From: Octopus sinensis
Lineage: Eukaryota
NCBI RefSeq assembly: GCF_006345805.1
Contig: NC_043004.1
Location: forward strand, 96,844,001 to 96,908,000
Length of the DNA: 64,000 bases
Direction: 5' to 3'
The notes below the pieces were generated by a model. The model saw only the letters and a program-made list of their open reading frames with translations, was not told the DNA's origin and made no database searches. The translations under genes were made by a program, and so were the position numbers. Positions 1 through 12,710 of this stretch are shown here, one piece after another. How positions within the stretch are numbered: position 1 is the first letter of the stretch; each line of letters opens with the position of its first letter.

Positions 1-373
1 ATGTGCCATCCCTATAAATTTCCTGCAATTTAATGCTTACAAAATGAGTAAAAGCAGCAATTAAGGCTTCCTTATAATTGAATATTTTGTTATAATTGAA
101 TATTAGTTATGGATTCAAAGCTCAAAATACTTGTAAAGGTTATAACCTCTTGGCTAAATGTCAAGTGAATATGAGGGATGCAGTGAGAATTCGTGGTTCA
201 ATTCTTCAAGTAAAGACTCTATTAGCTGAAGAGTGCTGTCTCTCGGAATGTTATTGAGCAATATTGGTCCATGCCCCTTGACAAATACAAAATCTTTCTG
301 TAATTTTTTGATTATATGAGAGAGATATTATTATTTCTGCAATTTTGCAAAAATAAAAGAAAGGATAGAACAC

Positions 374-777
374 TTACTCTTTACTCTTTTACTTGTTTCA
401 GTCATTTGACTGTGGCCATGCTGGAGCACCGCCTTTAGTTGACCAAATCGACACCAGGACTTATTCTTTGTAAGCCTAGTACTTATTCTATCGGTCCCTT
501 TTGCCGAACCACTAAGTTACGGGGATGTAAACACACCACCATCTGTTGGTAAGCGATGTTGGGGGGACAAACACAAACACATAAAATCACACACACATAT
601 ATATACATATATACGATGGGCTTCTTTCAGTTTCCGTCTACCAAATCCACTCAGAAGGTTTTGGTCGGCCCGAGACTATAGTAGAAAACACTTGCCCATG
701 GTGCCACGCATTGGGAACGAACCCTGAACCATGTGGTTGGTAAGCAAGCTATTTACCACACAGCCACTCCTGTGCCT
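374..777 (-). mobile_element. tRNA-headed SINE, family A (about 400 bp, internal CA/TA microsatellite)
   Basis: Minus strand starts AGGCACAGGAGTGGCTGTGTGG (A-box-like), has a B-box-like GGTTCAGGGTCG followed by CCATGGGCAAGTG, and ends in an AGTAAAAG repeat tail. Near-identical copies recur more than 10 times in the window. Confidence 0.9.
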
Positions 778-1439
778 TTCCAAAGTTCACTAATCTGTAA
801 CCATTAATTTTTTTGTTGTAATAATGATTCTGGTGAATGACTTAGCTTTGTATGCTTGTCTAGCCTGCTCCTTTTCCTCTTTCTCATTTCATAAACATTC
901 CCGTTCCATCATAAGTCACAAGACATTTAAAAGATGAATCATTGTTTTCTCTAGCAATAAGCAGCAAACAAATCTAAGGTTGTTGCAATTTCCCAGTTTC
1001 ATCTAGCTCATAAGGGATCCAGTTTTTTAACTTTTTGTATTGTGTTGTGATGACATGATATAGTTGTTGTGCAAATTCTGAAAGTCCTCAGCGAGAGCTA
1101 GAACATTCGTTATTGAGCATTTAACATAAAGAACAAATTTCAGCCTCTCTCGTAGTTCATTATTAGGTTTATTCCTACAGCTATACTAAAAGAATTTGCA
1201 CTATCGTGGTATTCTCTCTAAATGTTGAATTGATGCTAACTGCAGCTTGACAAACATTATACTCGAATTAAAATTCAGAGTTGAAAATTAGTGCTAAGTT
1301 ACTGGGTGAGAGTACTGTTATTATAAGGAACCCAAAATCTTATAATAACTAGTATAGCTTCATTTAGATGAAATATAAAAAAATGCAAGTAGATTGGAGA
1401 TCAGTGAAAATGAGTATGCATAAAAACAAATGCTGTTTC

Positions 1440-2378
1440 ATATTTAACAAACTAAAGAAATCTAACAATGAAATGGAAACAGATGTATGCTATAAGCCCT
1501 CGGAATCCAAGCAATATCTACCGTTCAACACATGCCACCCCATACGCACTAGAATGAATATCCCTTTCAACCTAGCAAAAAGGATTTTTACTATAGCTTC
1601 TAATACATGAACTAAAGGAGACACTCATTACCAGGTACTACCCACCATCACTAATTGATATAGGCTTTCAACATGCCCTACAACTCAACATCCACGAACT
1701 CAGGCATCCCAAATTAAAGAAGGATTTACAACCAAAAGCCCTACCATACATCTCTACACACAACCTTCTTGATAATGAAACCTTTGACATCATGCTCCAG
1801 AACATTCCTCTAATAAAAAGAGACCACAGAACGAATTTAATCCTCCATATGCACACCACCATAAAGAGCAAAAGACAGCCCAAATCTATGAAAAGTCTCC
1901 TAACACAAGTCCAAATACACTCGACAACACTGAAGCCATCATTAAAAAAGTGTGGAAGACCTAACTGCGGTATATGTGTCAACCTAATTGAGGAATCAGA
2001 GTTCTCTTTCAAACAGGGTCAACGTTTTACAGTGTAAAGCAATTTCACATGTTCTTCAGAGAATCTGATATATGTATTAACTTGTTCTGGGTGTCGAAAG
2101 CAATACATAGGCCAAGCCAAAACATTCTACCTCAGAGCATGGCTCTTCATAGATCCCAGATCAAAATTCAGAATTATAGAAAAATAGTATTCAGCAAACA
2201 CATTGACATTTGTGCCAATAACAAACAACCCAGCTTCAGAATTTTTCCCCTCTATCAATTCAGGGGCGATGTATCCTGTAATCAGCATATTAGCAAAAAG
2301 TCATACTTTATCACAAAATATAAACCCCTTCTGAATGCGTCCACCACAAATGACACTATTACAAGGGCCTTAGAATAA
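1440..2378 (+). mobile_element. 5'-truncated, degraded Penelope-like retroelement (RT thumb, Cys linker, GIY-YIG endonuclease), Neptune-like
   Basis: ETDVCYKPSESKQYLPFNTCHP..IPFNLAKRI (PLE RT C-terminus); KCGRPNCGICVNL (CxxxxCxxC linker); NFTCSSENLIYVLTCSGCRKQYIGQ (GIY-YIG); HRSQI..SKH..FPLY..YFITKYKPLLN. Interrupted by stops and frameshifts. Confidence 0.9.
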
Positions 2379-2942
2379 TACCCACGTAAGTATTAAAAAC
2401 GATATATTCAGAAGTCACTACTCATGAATTTATTCAGAACTATTCCAATCACTACTATTACAACCACAACGGGTCCATTTTAGGTCACTTGACCATTTAA
2501 GAGGAGTCCACCAACTCCCTACGACTATCGCACCACTCAGGCATTCTTCTTCTTCTTCTTTTTCTTTTTGTTGTTGTTCTTCTTCTTCACTGCCACCCCC
2601 CTTTCTCAACTACTACTGCTGCTTAAACAATCAAAACCAAAAATTCATATCCAATATTAGGATTACTACTAACTGCTACCTACTACCAAGAACTCACATG
2701 AGTAAAAAACTTGACATTAGAAAACTATGGAAATATTTTTAAAACATTTTATTTAATTTTTCCACAGTTTAATTGTTTTTCATGATTTACACACATATAT
2801 ATATAATGACAATAATCCTTGAATAGAATTTATGTTCCACAAACACATGACACTTAAGATCGCAATCCATATTCCTGGTGTAGTCCATACTATCTATGGA
2901 CATTGGGCAAATCATCTTCATGAAGCCCTTTCTTCAAGTGAT

Positions 2943-2947
<5 letters not shown>

Positions 2948-3036
<89 letters not shown>
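2948..3036. repeat. (TC)n(TA)n compound microsatellite
   Basis: Read directly from the sequence. Confidence 0.95.
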
Positions 3037-3037
<1 letters not shown>

Positions 3038-3639
3038 CATAGATGTACTTGCATAGCAATGACCTGATCTGAGATCGTGTGCGGAAACAAAAACAATTAC
3101 AGCATGGAGGTGTTATAAGCATTTAAAAACACACAAAAACCATTAGATTCACTTCAACATTTAAATTTAATTTCCCAAAATATTTTTGTCGCTTTCGTGC
3201 ACACACATACAGACATATACATACGTATATGTGTATATATACAATATGTGTCTCTCATCTTTGTGAAAAAACACACAGTCGTTCATACCATATATAGACA
3301 TATATACTCGCACTCTCATACATATAACTGTCCTTCAGTATTCCTATTTAAACTTACACTGTAATTCATTTCTTGATTATTTTTGTAATTAATTATTTAT
3401 CTCACCACCAGCAGCTGTGTTTTAATATAGATGTACAGAAACAAGATGTTTAACTTACTGGCTAATAATTTATTGTTGTTCTCGCCCAAAATTTGCCAGT
3501 TCACAATGTTTATTTGCTTCTCTGAATTTGAATTCCAAGTGCCACTACTTGCCTAGCTGTCAGTCACATTTATCTAGATCAAATATCTCTAACTTATTTT
3601 CTGTTCACCTAGCAACATAACACAAGTGTTAAATATTGA

Positions 3640-3832
3640 TTTGAAATTTTGACCCAAGGCCAGTCATTTTTGGGAGGAGATAAGTTGATTACATCAGCCC
3701 CAGTGTTCACTGGTACTTATTTTATTGAGCCCAAAAGGATGAAAGGCAAATTTGAACTCAGAAAGTGAAGACAGACAAAATGCCACTAAACATTTTGCCT
3801 GGCATGCTAACAATTATTCCAGCCCATTGCCC
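3640..3832 (-). mobile_element. Degenerate SINE, family B
   Basis: Matches the recurrent core ACTGGTACTTATTTTAT..AAAGGATGAAAGGCAAA..TTTGAACTCAG. Confidence 0.75.
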
Positions 3833-4278
3833 AAAAAACACTACTGGTAAATATTGAAGTCTTTATATGTTTGCCCACAAACATACTCACACACTTGTTT
3901 GTGTGCCACACACACGTGCATGCACATACACTCATGTGTGTATACACACACAAATATACACAGGGCATATTCTTGCAGTATGTATACTTTTCCTAGTTGA
4001 ATATACCTTGTGGCACAAAACATAGAAATAGTAGTTTTGTTTTTGAAGAAACTGGCGTGAATTCTCCAAATCCAGTTTGTTAGCCACACGCTTAGGATTT
4101 GTAAGACATTCCAAAGATTTTCCATTTGAGATTCTTTAGATGAATAGAAGCACATGCTTCAGTGTGTGCATTGATAGCTCAATCAACACACCATCTCAGC
4201 GACATATTTAAAAACACTGGGAATTCTCCCAAGAAGAATTTACATAAAACCCCAAAACATATGTACATATTATATATA

Positions 4279-4325
<47 letters not shown>

Positions 4326-4416
4326 TATGTGGCATTTTTCAATTATTTATATACGTATATATACATATGTATATATATATATATATATCTATCTATATAT
4401 CTAATTATCTATCTAT

Positions 4417-4468
<52 letters not shown>

Positions 4469-5263
4469 GTGCACACACATATATGTATATATGTGTATAT
4501 TTATTTATATATATATATACATCCATCCATCCCCACACAAATATATATTGACTCTCAACCATTATATGTCTGTTACGTATCCTTCCATTGCCCATATCTG
4601 TAGCCTCTCGTCTATCACACTTCTCCCCTTTTACTTTTAATCCATGTTGCCTATGTAACATGGAATGGCAGTAAATATGCCCATATTCTTCACCTATCCT
4701 TCTTTATTACTGCTAACTGTCACTTTCTCTAACATCACACTTTTTACTGCCAGCCACCATTCTATCCCCTTTTTTATATATTAACCACACTATCTATCAC
4801 TCCCACATTCTCTTTTATCATCATTAACTACTGATATTGCTGTCTATCAATTCTTATCCTTCTTCTGTCACTCGTTAATAAACCAACTTCATTCTGTTAC
4901 TCTCACTTCTTTCATTCTTCCATCTGTCACTAAATTCTTTTCAATGTGCCCATGCTTTCCACACACGGGATAGCTAGCAAGAACACCAGATGCATTTGAA
5001 CTTAGTTGGGCCTTATTGATGGCCATATTTTCATAGCTAGCTTTGTGCTTAGATGAGATTCGTTGAAACAGTAAATAAGACATTTACAGGTATTGTGAAT
5101 GACTGCTTGGCTGAGTACAAATCCATTACATGCAATGGAAGCAGTATTAAGTATAACTACGTGTGTATCATATTTAATATAAGTTATATCATAAAAAGTG
5201 GAGTTACAGCAGTATTTGTTGAGAGAAAATTTCCCGTGTGGAAGCAGTGTGTTTGAAAAAAAA

Positions 5264-5305
<42 letters not shown>

Positions 5306-5424
5306 AATCGATACAATAATTGTTTCTTGTCAGGAACAAAAAGATTTAATAGGACTGCAATAGAAGTGCTCTATTGGAGAGACAAAAATATCAAACTAGT
5401 TTGATATATATATTATATATATAG

Positions 5425-5474
<50 letters not shown>

Positions 5475-5633
5475 ATATATGCATGTGTGCGTATACGCAC
5501 ACACACACAGAGGTGCAGGCATGGGTGTGTGGTATGATGGTATGAAGCTTGCTTTCCAACTACTTGGTTCTAGGTTCAGATCTACTGCATTGCAGCTTGG
5601 GACAGCGACTTCTACTATAGCCCCAGACAAACC

Positions 5634-5666
<33 letters not shown>

Positions 5667-5792
5667 TGTATGTATGTATGTATGTATGTGTACCGAAATA
5701 AGCACATAAATGCGAAACAAGGTTGAGAATAAGAGTACTCAAATACCAGACGTAAAGTAATATGCTCAAAAGCAGCAGAAACATAACAAAAG

Positions 5793-5830
5793 CTGCTACT
5801 CAGAGTTTCACGTTCCCGTTTGTCGGACAG
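5793..5830 (-). ncRNA. Decayed minimal type I hammerhead ribozyme-like motif
   Basis: Minus strand reads ctgt-CCGACAA-ac(gggaac)gt-GAAA-c(tctga)g-TA-gcag. Stems I, II and III can form, but the core has U4C and G8A relative to CUGANGA. Confidence 0.5.
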
Positions 5831-6354
5831 TTTTGTTAAAATGGAACAGAAATAACGATATGATCAAAACTAGTTGAAGGTTACACCTTTATAAAGGGAT
5901 TTGTTTCATTGGTCGTTTCAATTAACGGTCTTAAGCATGCAATAAACAAAATAAATGAATTCAATATAAATTCATCCTATTGTAAAATCGAAGAAAACCT
6001 TAAATCAAAGAGTAGATTCAAAATACATATTGTAAATAATTATATACGAAATATAGATCAATTAATGCATTAAAATTAAAATTAAAATTTTCACGCTGCA
6101 TTACATAAATATTTTACAACAGTACATACCCATACTAGACCATCTATAATATACATATATACATCAAAATACACAGATGCATTCACATAGCTACATACAT
6201 ACACGGGCATATATATGTAAGACATAAATATACGCACAAATACACATATATATATATGCATGCAACCATGCACACGCATAAAAATCTCTTGGTGTATGAC
6301 AAGAGAGATGGGAAATATATCTTAAACGTAGGGAGGGAAAAATAAAAATAAAAG

Positions 6355-6620
6355 AAGCATTTTGAAATGCTGTCTCATCCAAAGCAATTGACGATATTCG
6401 TCTACCTATATTACTGACTAAGTTCCTAAGAATTACGGGTGGATGATTAGATTCTTTGCTAATATAAGATAGCTTATCATTAGGCTTACGGTAAGGTTTG
6501 AATTTATCTGACTCTAAATCTAAATTTATATCTAAGAAATCTACACATTTAAGGTTAGAATCTATCGTAATCCTCAAGCCCATTCTTTGGAAGAAAGCAA
6601 TTAGGGCTGCATTGTTTCCA
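6355..6620 (-). mobile_element. PLE reverse transcriptase fragment (Naiad-like)
   Basis: GLRITIDSNLKCVDFLDINLDL..FKPYRKPNDKLSYISKESNHPPVILRNL..IGRRISS, typical of the PLE RT domain 7/thumb region. Truncated at both ends. Confidence 0.85.
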
Positions 6621-7364
6621 TACAGAAAATAATGAAATCAATGAAGATAAGGAGAATGGGGATTTGCACATCTATATTTTATTATACAGAAATAATTTAC
6701 ATATCATTCTTCATTCGGACCAATGCACATTTCAGCTGCAACCACTGAATATTGTTAAGTGTGCATCTCGATGTTAATTGTCAGTGCAGCATCTTCAGGG
6801 TCCATTGTTTACTGTAGTCCAAAGATCATCCGAAGAAAAATATGAGACTGACTGAATAGGAGTCCTTTAGGAGGCGATGAAGTTACTATAAATTGTTGTA
6901 TCGCCTTATGATCTGAAGATTACTTCAGCCAGTTAGGTATCTATTGCTGGATTTGGTCTTAAAATGGGTCATGGTTCCTGTGCGTTCCTTAGTACTATAG
7001 TCCAGCTTATCATTCTACTAAATTAGAAGAGTATTCTTATTTTTTTAGGTATTCAATTATGTTTTTGGTTTATTCTTTCTCTATTTTTATATAATTATTA
7101 ATCTATTGGTCTATGAATTTTGTTGTTTTCCAAGTTATATTATATTAAATTAAATATCCTACTTATAGTTAATCTTATTAAACGTAATCTTACTCTTCAA
7201 CACTTTAAAACAAATTTAATTTAGCTCATTTTTGTAGAGGTATTCACTTAGTTCAAGTTCATTATTTGTTTTTTAATTTACTTAATTCTCATTAAATTTC
7301 TTGTATTCTGTGTAATGCATTTACTTAAATTTCTTAGACGTATATTTAGATGCAGGAACAAATC

Positions 7365-7490
7365 TTAAGTGCGTTCTTGCTTATGGTTTATCAGATTAAA
7401 TTTTGACGTAAAAATTTGGTATATTTCCTCAGCACATGATTCACAGTATTTGCTTTCTCTACAATTGTTGTATAATAAAATGTGAATGTG
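7365..7490 (-). mobile_element. PLE GIY-YIG endonuclease C-terminal fragment (Naiad-like)
   Basis: IVEKA and CESCAEEIYQIFTSKFNLINHKQE; homologous to the plus-strand copy at 8260-8340. Confidence 0.7.
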
Positions 7491-7523
7491 CAAATCTGCG
7501 TTCTTCTGATTTTCATTAATTTC

Positions 7524-7564
<41 letters not shown>

Positions 7565-7981
7565 GTATATATATAAGCACAAGGCATGCTATATATACGC
7601 AATAATTATAACGATAGAGAATATCGAGACTGGTGCATCCTCAAAATTCATTTCCTTTTATTTAACAATGCCAAACAGCATATTTTTATGGTTATGACGA
7701 CCTATATAGGTTTCCACTAAATGTTATTCCTATTTCGCAATGTAGTGGATGATAATAATACAGCAGGGATCGAAGGAAGACAATTCCAACACAAGCCTCT
7801 ACCTCCACAAGACAGAGCGGAGAAATTGCTAAAAATAGCAGCTCCCAAACACCTATGGATAGAAAGCTTAGGAAAACTATGAGATCGATAGGAATGATGG
7901 CAGCAGAGACATGTAGCAAGAATTACAGCACAATAGATAATAAGAACACAAGGAATTAAGTATATGTTATTGTGTTAGCAA

Positions 7982-8406
7982 TAAAGTATGCCCCTTAAAC
8001 CTTAGATGTTTAATGCAAAACCTTGTATATCGATGTAAGTTCATAGCTGGGGGAAGGACGTACTTCTCAATAGAGGCCAGCTCGCTTAATTTAAAAAGAA
8101 CAAAAACATATTCTTGAAAATCATTTAAATTCATTTAGGGATAGAAATAAGATGGACAACATGAGCTTATGTAGATTAATCTGGTACTTTAAAGATAGGA
8201 ACCATAGCTTTACCACAGGTTGGGATGTAATTCATACGGCTAAGCTGTGTGGAACAGGGGGAAATACATGTGAGTTATGTGTAGAAGAAATATATCATAT
8301 CTTTACGTCAAGACACAAACTACTTAATAGAAAGCTGAAACAGGCCTTAAGATGCTTACATAAACATACCAAAACCTGTAAGAAATTTAACACACGTTCT
8401 AGATAA
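7982..8406 (+). mobile_element. PLE GIY-YIG endonuclease (Naiad-like), frameshifted
   Basis: VCPLNLRCLMQNLVYRCKF..TYFSI, then NHLNSFRDR..SLCRLIWYFKD..GWDVIHTAK..TCELCVEEIY..LLNRK..RCLHKH. Matches the CPL-x-C...CxLC...CxH layout of Naiad endonucleases. Confidence 0.8.
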
Positions 8407-9183
8407 ATCAATATCCCACACACAGATAGGTGGGAAAGAAGCGATACAAGCACGTCCCGGACTCCCCAAATACATGACCTTTTTCTAAACTAACGTAATA
8501 TATATTGCTTTTCATTTCCACTGTCCTGTATAATAAATACCACAGCCACAAACATATCTGAATAACTAAGAACATAACATGGAACTGAACCATCCAAAAA
8601 TAAAATGCATTACAAGAACTATACCCGAAAGTAACCTTATTTAGTACCCATCTACTTCAATTCCCAAAGAAGCCTGCCAAAAGAGTTTTGCAAACTTTGA
8701 CCTAATTAGATAGAATCCTGACTTCGGCCAAGAACTGGTGTAAAGCCAAGGTCAACCAGACAAGTTTACAAACAAATCAGATTTCAGATTTAAAACAACC
8801 TCCCCTCACTTCTTACTGAACCTGAACCAATAAACAACTAACTGAATTCAACTGCTTATACTATGAGAAGGGAAACGTGTGTAAGTCATCGTAACCATAG
8901 CAATACGCTGCGTGGCATCCTAAAATAAAATGAAATAAATTTGGGGTATGCATCAGTCCTAGTATTCTCTACTGTAATAGTTATTTATAATATACACCCC
9001 AGATAACAGTACCATCAAGTAATGTGAACGCAAAATTCTGCATTGCAGGAAATTACAGCAAGCGTAACAACTCCTAGTAGTCATAGACATTAAATACTAA
9101 TGGATAGGGTTAGCTATAACCTGGAAAATAATTGACATAACCTGCAATATCTGTGTGGATAATATATCCCTCTAAACTCGCAT

Positions 9184-9216
<33 letters not shown>

Positions 9217-9321
9217 ACAACAGATAGTAGTTCGTTCACTACAGCTGTTTCCAATGAGCTTTTATAAGTGAACTTACATTTATACAAAGATACATACATA
9301 CATACATACATACATACGTAC

Positions 9322-9358
<37 letters not shown>

Positions 9359-9420
9359 TTCGTTTTGGGATTTGTTTTGCAAGATTCTTTATGAGTTCGC
9401 GTGTTGAAGCATATTCTGTT

Positions 9421-9592
9421 GTGTCTGGAGTCATTCTCTTTTTGTGCCTTATAATTTAACACACTCACCGGTAAAATTTCCACTTATTTCTTGCAACATT
9501 TGCAATAGTTTTGAAATAAGTGGAAATTTTACTGGTGAGGATGAGTGTGTTAAATTACCAGGCACTAAAAGAGAATGACTCTCCCCAGACAC
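9421..9592. repeat. Imperfect inverted repeat (about 70-bp arms) within a (TA)n-flanked element
   Basis: 9421-9490 is the approximate reverse complement of 9513-9592. Confidence 0.85.
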
Positions 9593-9595
9593 TAG

Positions 9596-9630
<35 letters not shown>

Positions 9631-9820
9631 TATCATAGCATTTTTTCGACGGCCTGGTAACTAAAGAGATGCGGGCGTGGGTTTCCGCCTTAACATCAAA
9701 AACTCAGAGTTTTATCATGGCCACCGAATAATTGTAAACGTATCGTATTTACAGATAAATTCATTTATTTACATAATATTGAGATATTTTTCATTCTTTT
9801 GTTGTTTTGCCATTTCTATC

Positions 9821-9872
<52 letters not shown>

Positions 9873-10156
9873 ACGAACTTAATTTCTGTTTTCTGGAACT
9901 TTATTTTTTGGGCCACAACTTATTCAACCAAATAACTCACCAGGAAATATCGTTCTCCAAATGAATTTTATAACAAATTTGCCACAAATTGAAGCTTAAC
10001 ATCACAACATTTACTGATAGTGAAATCCCTTTCCAACTATAAAATTTCCGTTGTTGTTCTAAAACTTGCTTTAAAATATTTAGCTTCAAATTTAACATGT
10101 ATATGTAAGTGTGTGTGTGTGTGTATGCATATATATGTATATCAACACATACACAC

Positions 10157-10208
<52 letters not shown>

Positions 10209-10823
10209 CTATGCTCACATGGAAATATGGTTATTAAAAGAACAAACCAACCTACAACGGATATGTATACATGTGTGTGTGCGTGTGTGTGTGCACGTGT
10301 GCGTTTATGTAGGTATGTATATTGAGACATACACATGTTTACATGCAAATATGATCATGTGGCACACAGATGTGTGATATAGACATAGAAACAGCAATAA
10401 TATTCATGTAATATTCCTTTGTGTCTAACATTTTGTCCTTTTGAAGTGATGGAGGCCCAGAAAATTCAATAATCACCTTTGATGCTCAGTACAAATTTTT
10501 GACTATTTTTTATGTGTATACAAGTGTATAATAGCTTACATATGTATCCATCAGTCTATCTATCCGTTGGTTAATACACACACACACACTTACAAATATA
10601 CATATATACATCTGCATATATACATATACATACATATACATATATATTATATATATATATAATATATAATAATATATATTGTGTGTGTGTGTGTGTGTGC
10701 ACACTCAAATACATACACACATTATACAGCAATGTAAGTGAACATATGTGATTATCCCTGTGAGCAAGGTGGATAATTTCTCTTCATATTTATTTGAATA
10801 CTTATAACATATATATATGTATG

Positions 10824-10856
<33 letters not shown>

Positions 10857-10938
10857 TAATAAATATTAGGGAATATATCCAAATTACAGGGAAAAAAAAA
10901 TCAGATTTAGGATTAAATCCAATTTTATAGTAAAATAT

Positions 10939-11254
10939 TATAAAATATTATTTGAGACAAAACCACTATTTTGCAAAACAAACAAAGAAAGACTTAATCA
11001 ATACATAAAATTTAATAAATAGTCAAAAAAAACGGCCACTACAATCGTTCTTGTCTTGATCGACAATCTTCAGGTGGACTTCCAATAATTCAATTACAAA
11101 TTTTGAATTATTGGAAGTCCACCTGAAGATTGTCGATCAAGACAAGAAACGATTGTAGTGGCGGTTTTTTGACTATTTATTAAATTTTATGTATTGATTA
11201 AGTCTTTCTTTGTTTGTTTTGCAAAATAGTGTTTTGTCTCAATAATATTTTATA
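10939..11254. repeat. Near-perfect palindrome (about 155-bp arms, 9-nt loop) embedded in (TA)n
   Basis: 10939-11093 is the reverse complement of 11103-11254 apart from a few substitutions and indels. Confidence 0.95.
11119..11161 (+). ncRNA. Minimal type I hammerhead ribozyme with intact catalytic core
   Basis: ccac-CTGAAGA-ttgtc(gatcaa)gacaa-GAAA-c(gatt)g-TA-gtgg: stem I ccac/gtgg, 5-bp stem II, GUA cleavage triplet (predicted cut after 11157). Confidence 0.75.
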
Positions 11255-11307
11255 TATACATATATATATATATACATATATATATATTATATATATATGT
11301 ATATATA

Positions 11308-11361
11308 CCGTCCAACCCATGCTAGCATGGAGAACGGACGTTAAACGACGATGATGATGAT
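11308..11361 (+). mobile_element. Extreme 3' tail of an RTE-type LINE or its partner SINE
   Basis: GTCCAACCCATGCTAGCATGGAGAACGGACGTTAAACGACGATGATGATG; the same tail ends the RTE element near 57190-57245. Confidence 0.75.
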
Positions 11362-11574
11362 GATATATTATATATATATATATATATATATGTATGTGCG
11401 TGTGTGTATATATATATATACACACACACGTTTATTTATCTATCTATCTATATATCTATCTATATATATATATATATTTATACATACACACACGCACACA
11501 TATATATCCATATGTATGCACTATATCACTATTTATGTTTGATGTGTGTGTGTTTGTGTGTGTGTGTGTGTATA

Positions 11575-11624
<50 letters not shown>

Positions 11625-12317
11625 ATGTATGTATGTTTGTATATATGTATAATAAAAGAAAGAGAATGATATTTTGGGTTTTGGAAAGCAATGGAAGGTG
11701 GCATAAGAGACGGAAAAATCTGAACGACATTGTAATATTTTATCAATCTTTCCACTGTATACATTGATGCTGGCCGTGGAACTGACATCGATAAGTTTAT
11801 TTCCGAAGTAGATAAAAACTCTCCAATAAGATGCAAAATTTTATATAAAATTATATACATGTATGCATACATAGTTATACAGATACATGTTTGCACACAC
11901 AAATATACATTCACACATACACACACACACACATATATATATGTGTGTGTGTATATATATGTAAATATATATATATATATATGTATACACATTTACACAT
12001 ATATATACAAATACACACACACATATATATGTGTGTGTGTATATATATATGTAAATATATATATATCATCATGTATATATATATATATATATATATATAT
12101 TATCTATATATATATATATCTATCATCATCATATATATATACACATTTCCACATATATATACAAATATACACACACATGCATGCATATTTATATGTGTGT
12201 ATGCATGTATATATATAATATATACATCTGTATGTATGAATCTATCTATCTATATATCTACTTATATCTATAAATATATATATTATACATATACATATAT
12301 ATACACATATATACATA

Positions 12318-12354
<37 letters not shown>

Positions 12355-12710
12355 GTATGTACATATATATATATATATATACATAATATATATATATATA
12401 TGTTTATGTATAAATGTATGCATAAAGCATTATTTACCAGAGATGACATGGAAGATTGTGTGTGTGTGGTGTGTGTGTGTGTGTTTAAAGTGAGAGGGGA
12501 AATGATGAGGGAGTCTTGTCCTGACATTGCAGAGGTTAAATGCCATGTTTAGGAAATGTTTGCCATAAATGATGTTGTTAGAGTAGTGATATGAACCCGT
12601 CTGCCATTTGCAATATAACGCATCAACTAACTATTCCATACTCCGAGTTATAAGCAATTTTTTCTTCAAATTATTAAATCTATATTCATTTAATATTTTT
12701 TTTATTGTAG

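Noticed and set aside
226-253. CTGAAGA...GGAATGTTA hammerhead-like string
   Set aside because: GAAA is mutated and stems I and II do not pair convincingly.
5090-5160. Exon-like segment GIVNDCLAEYKSITCNGSSIK
   Set aside because: Weak polypyrimidine tract and donor; no recognisable homology.
6770-6800. Minus-strand CTGAAGATG...CATCGAGA in the putative PLE UTR
   Set aside because: Too decayed to assign a hammerhead fold; no clear cleavage triplet or stem I.
7982-8406. Possible selenocysteine recoding, known for some Naiad elements
   Set aside because: The conserved Cys positions are TGC/TGT here; no in-frame TGA at those sites and no SECIS recognised.
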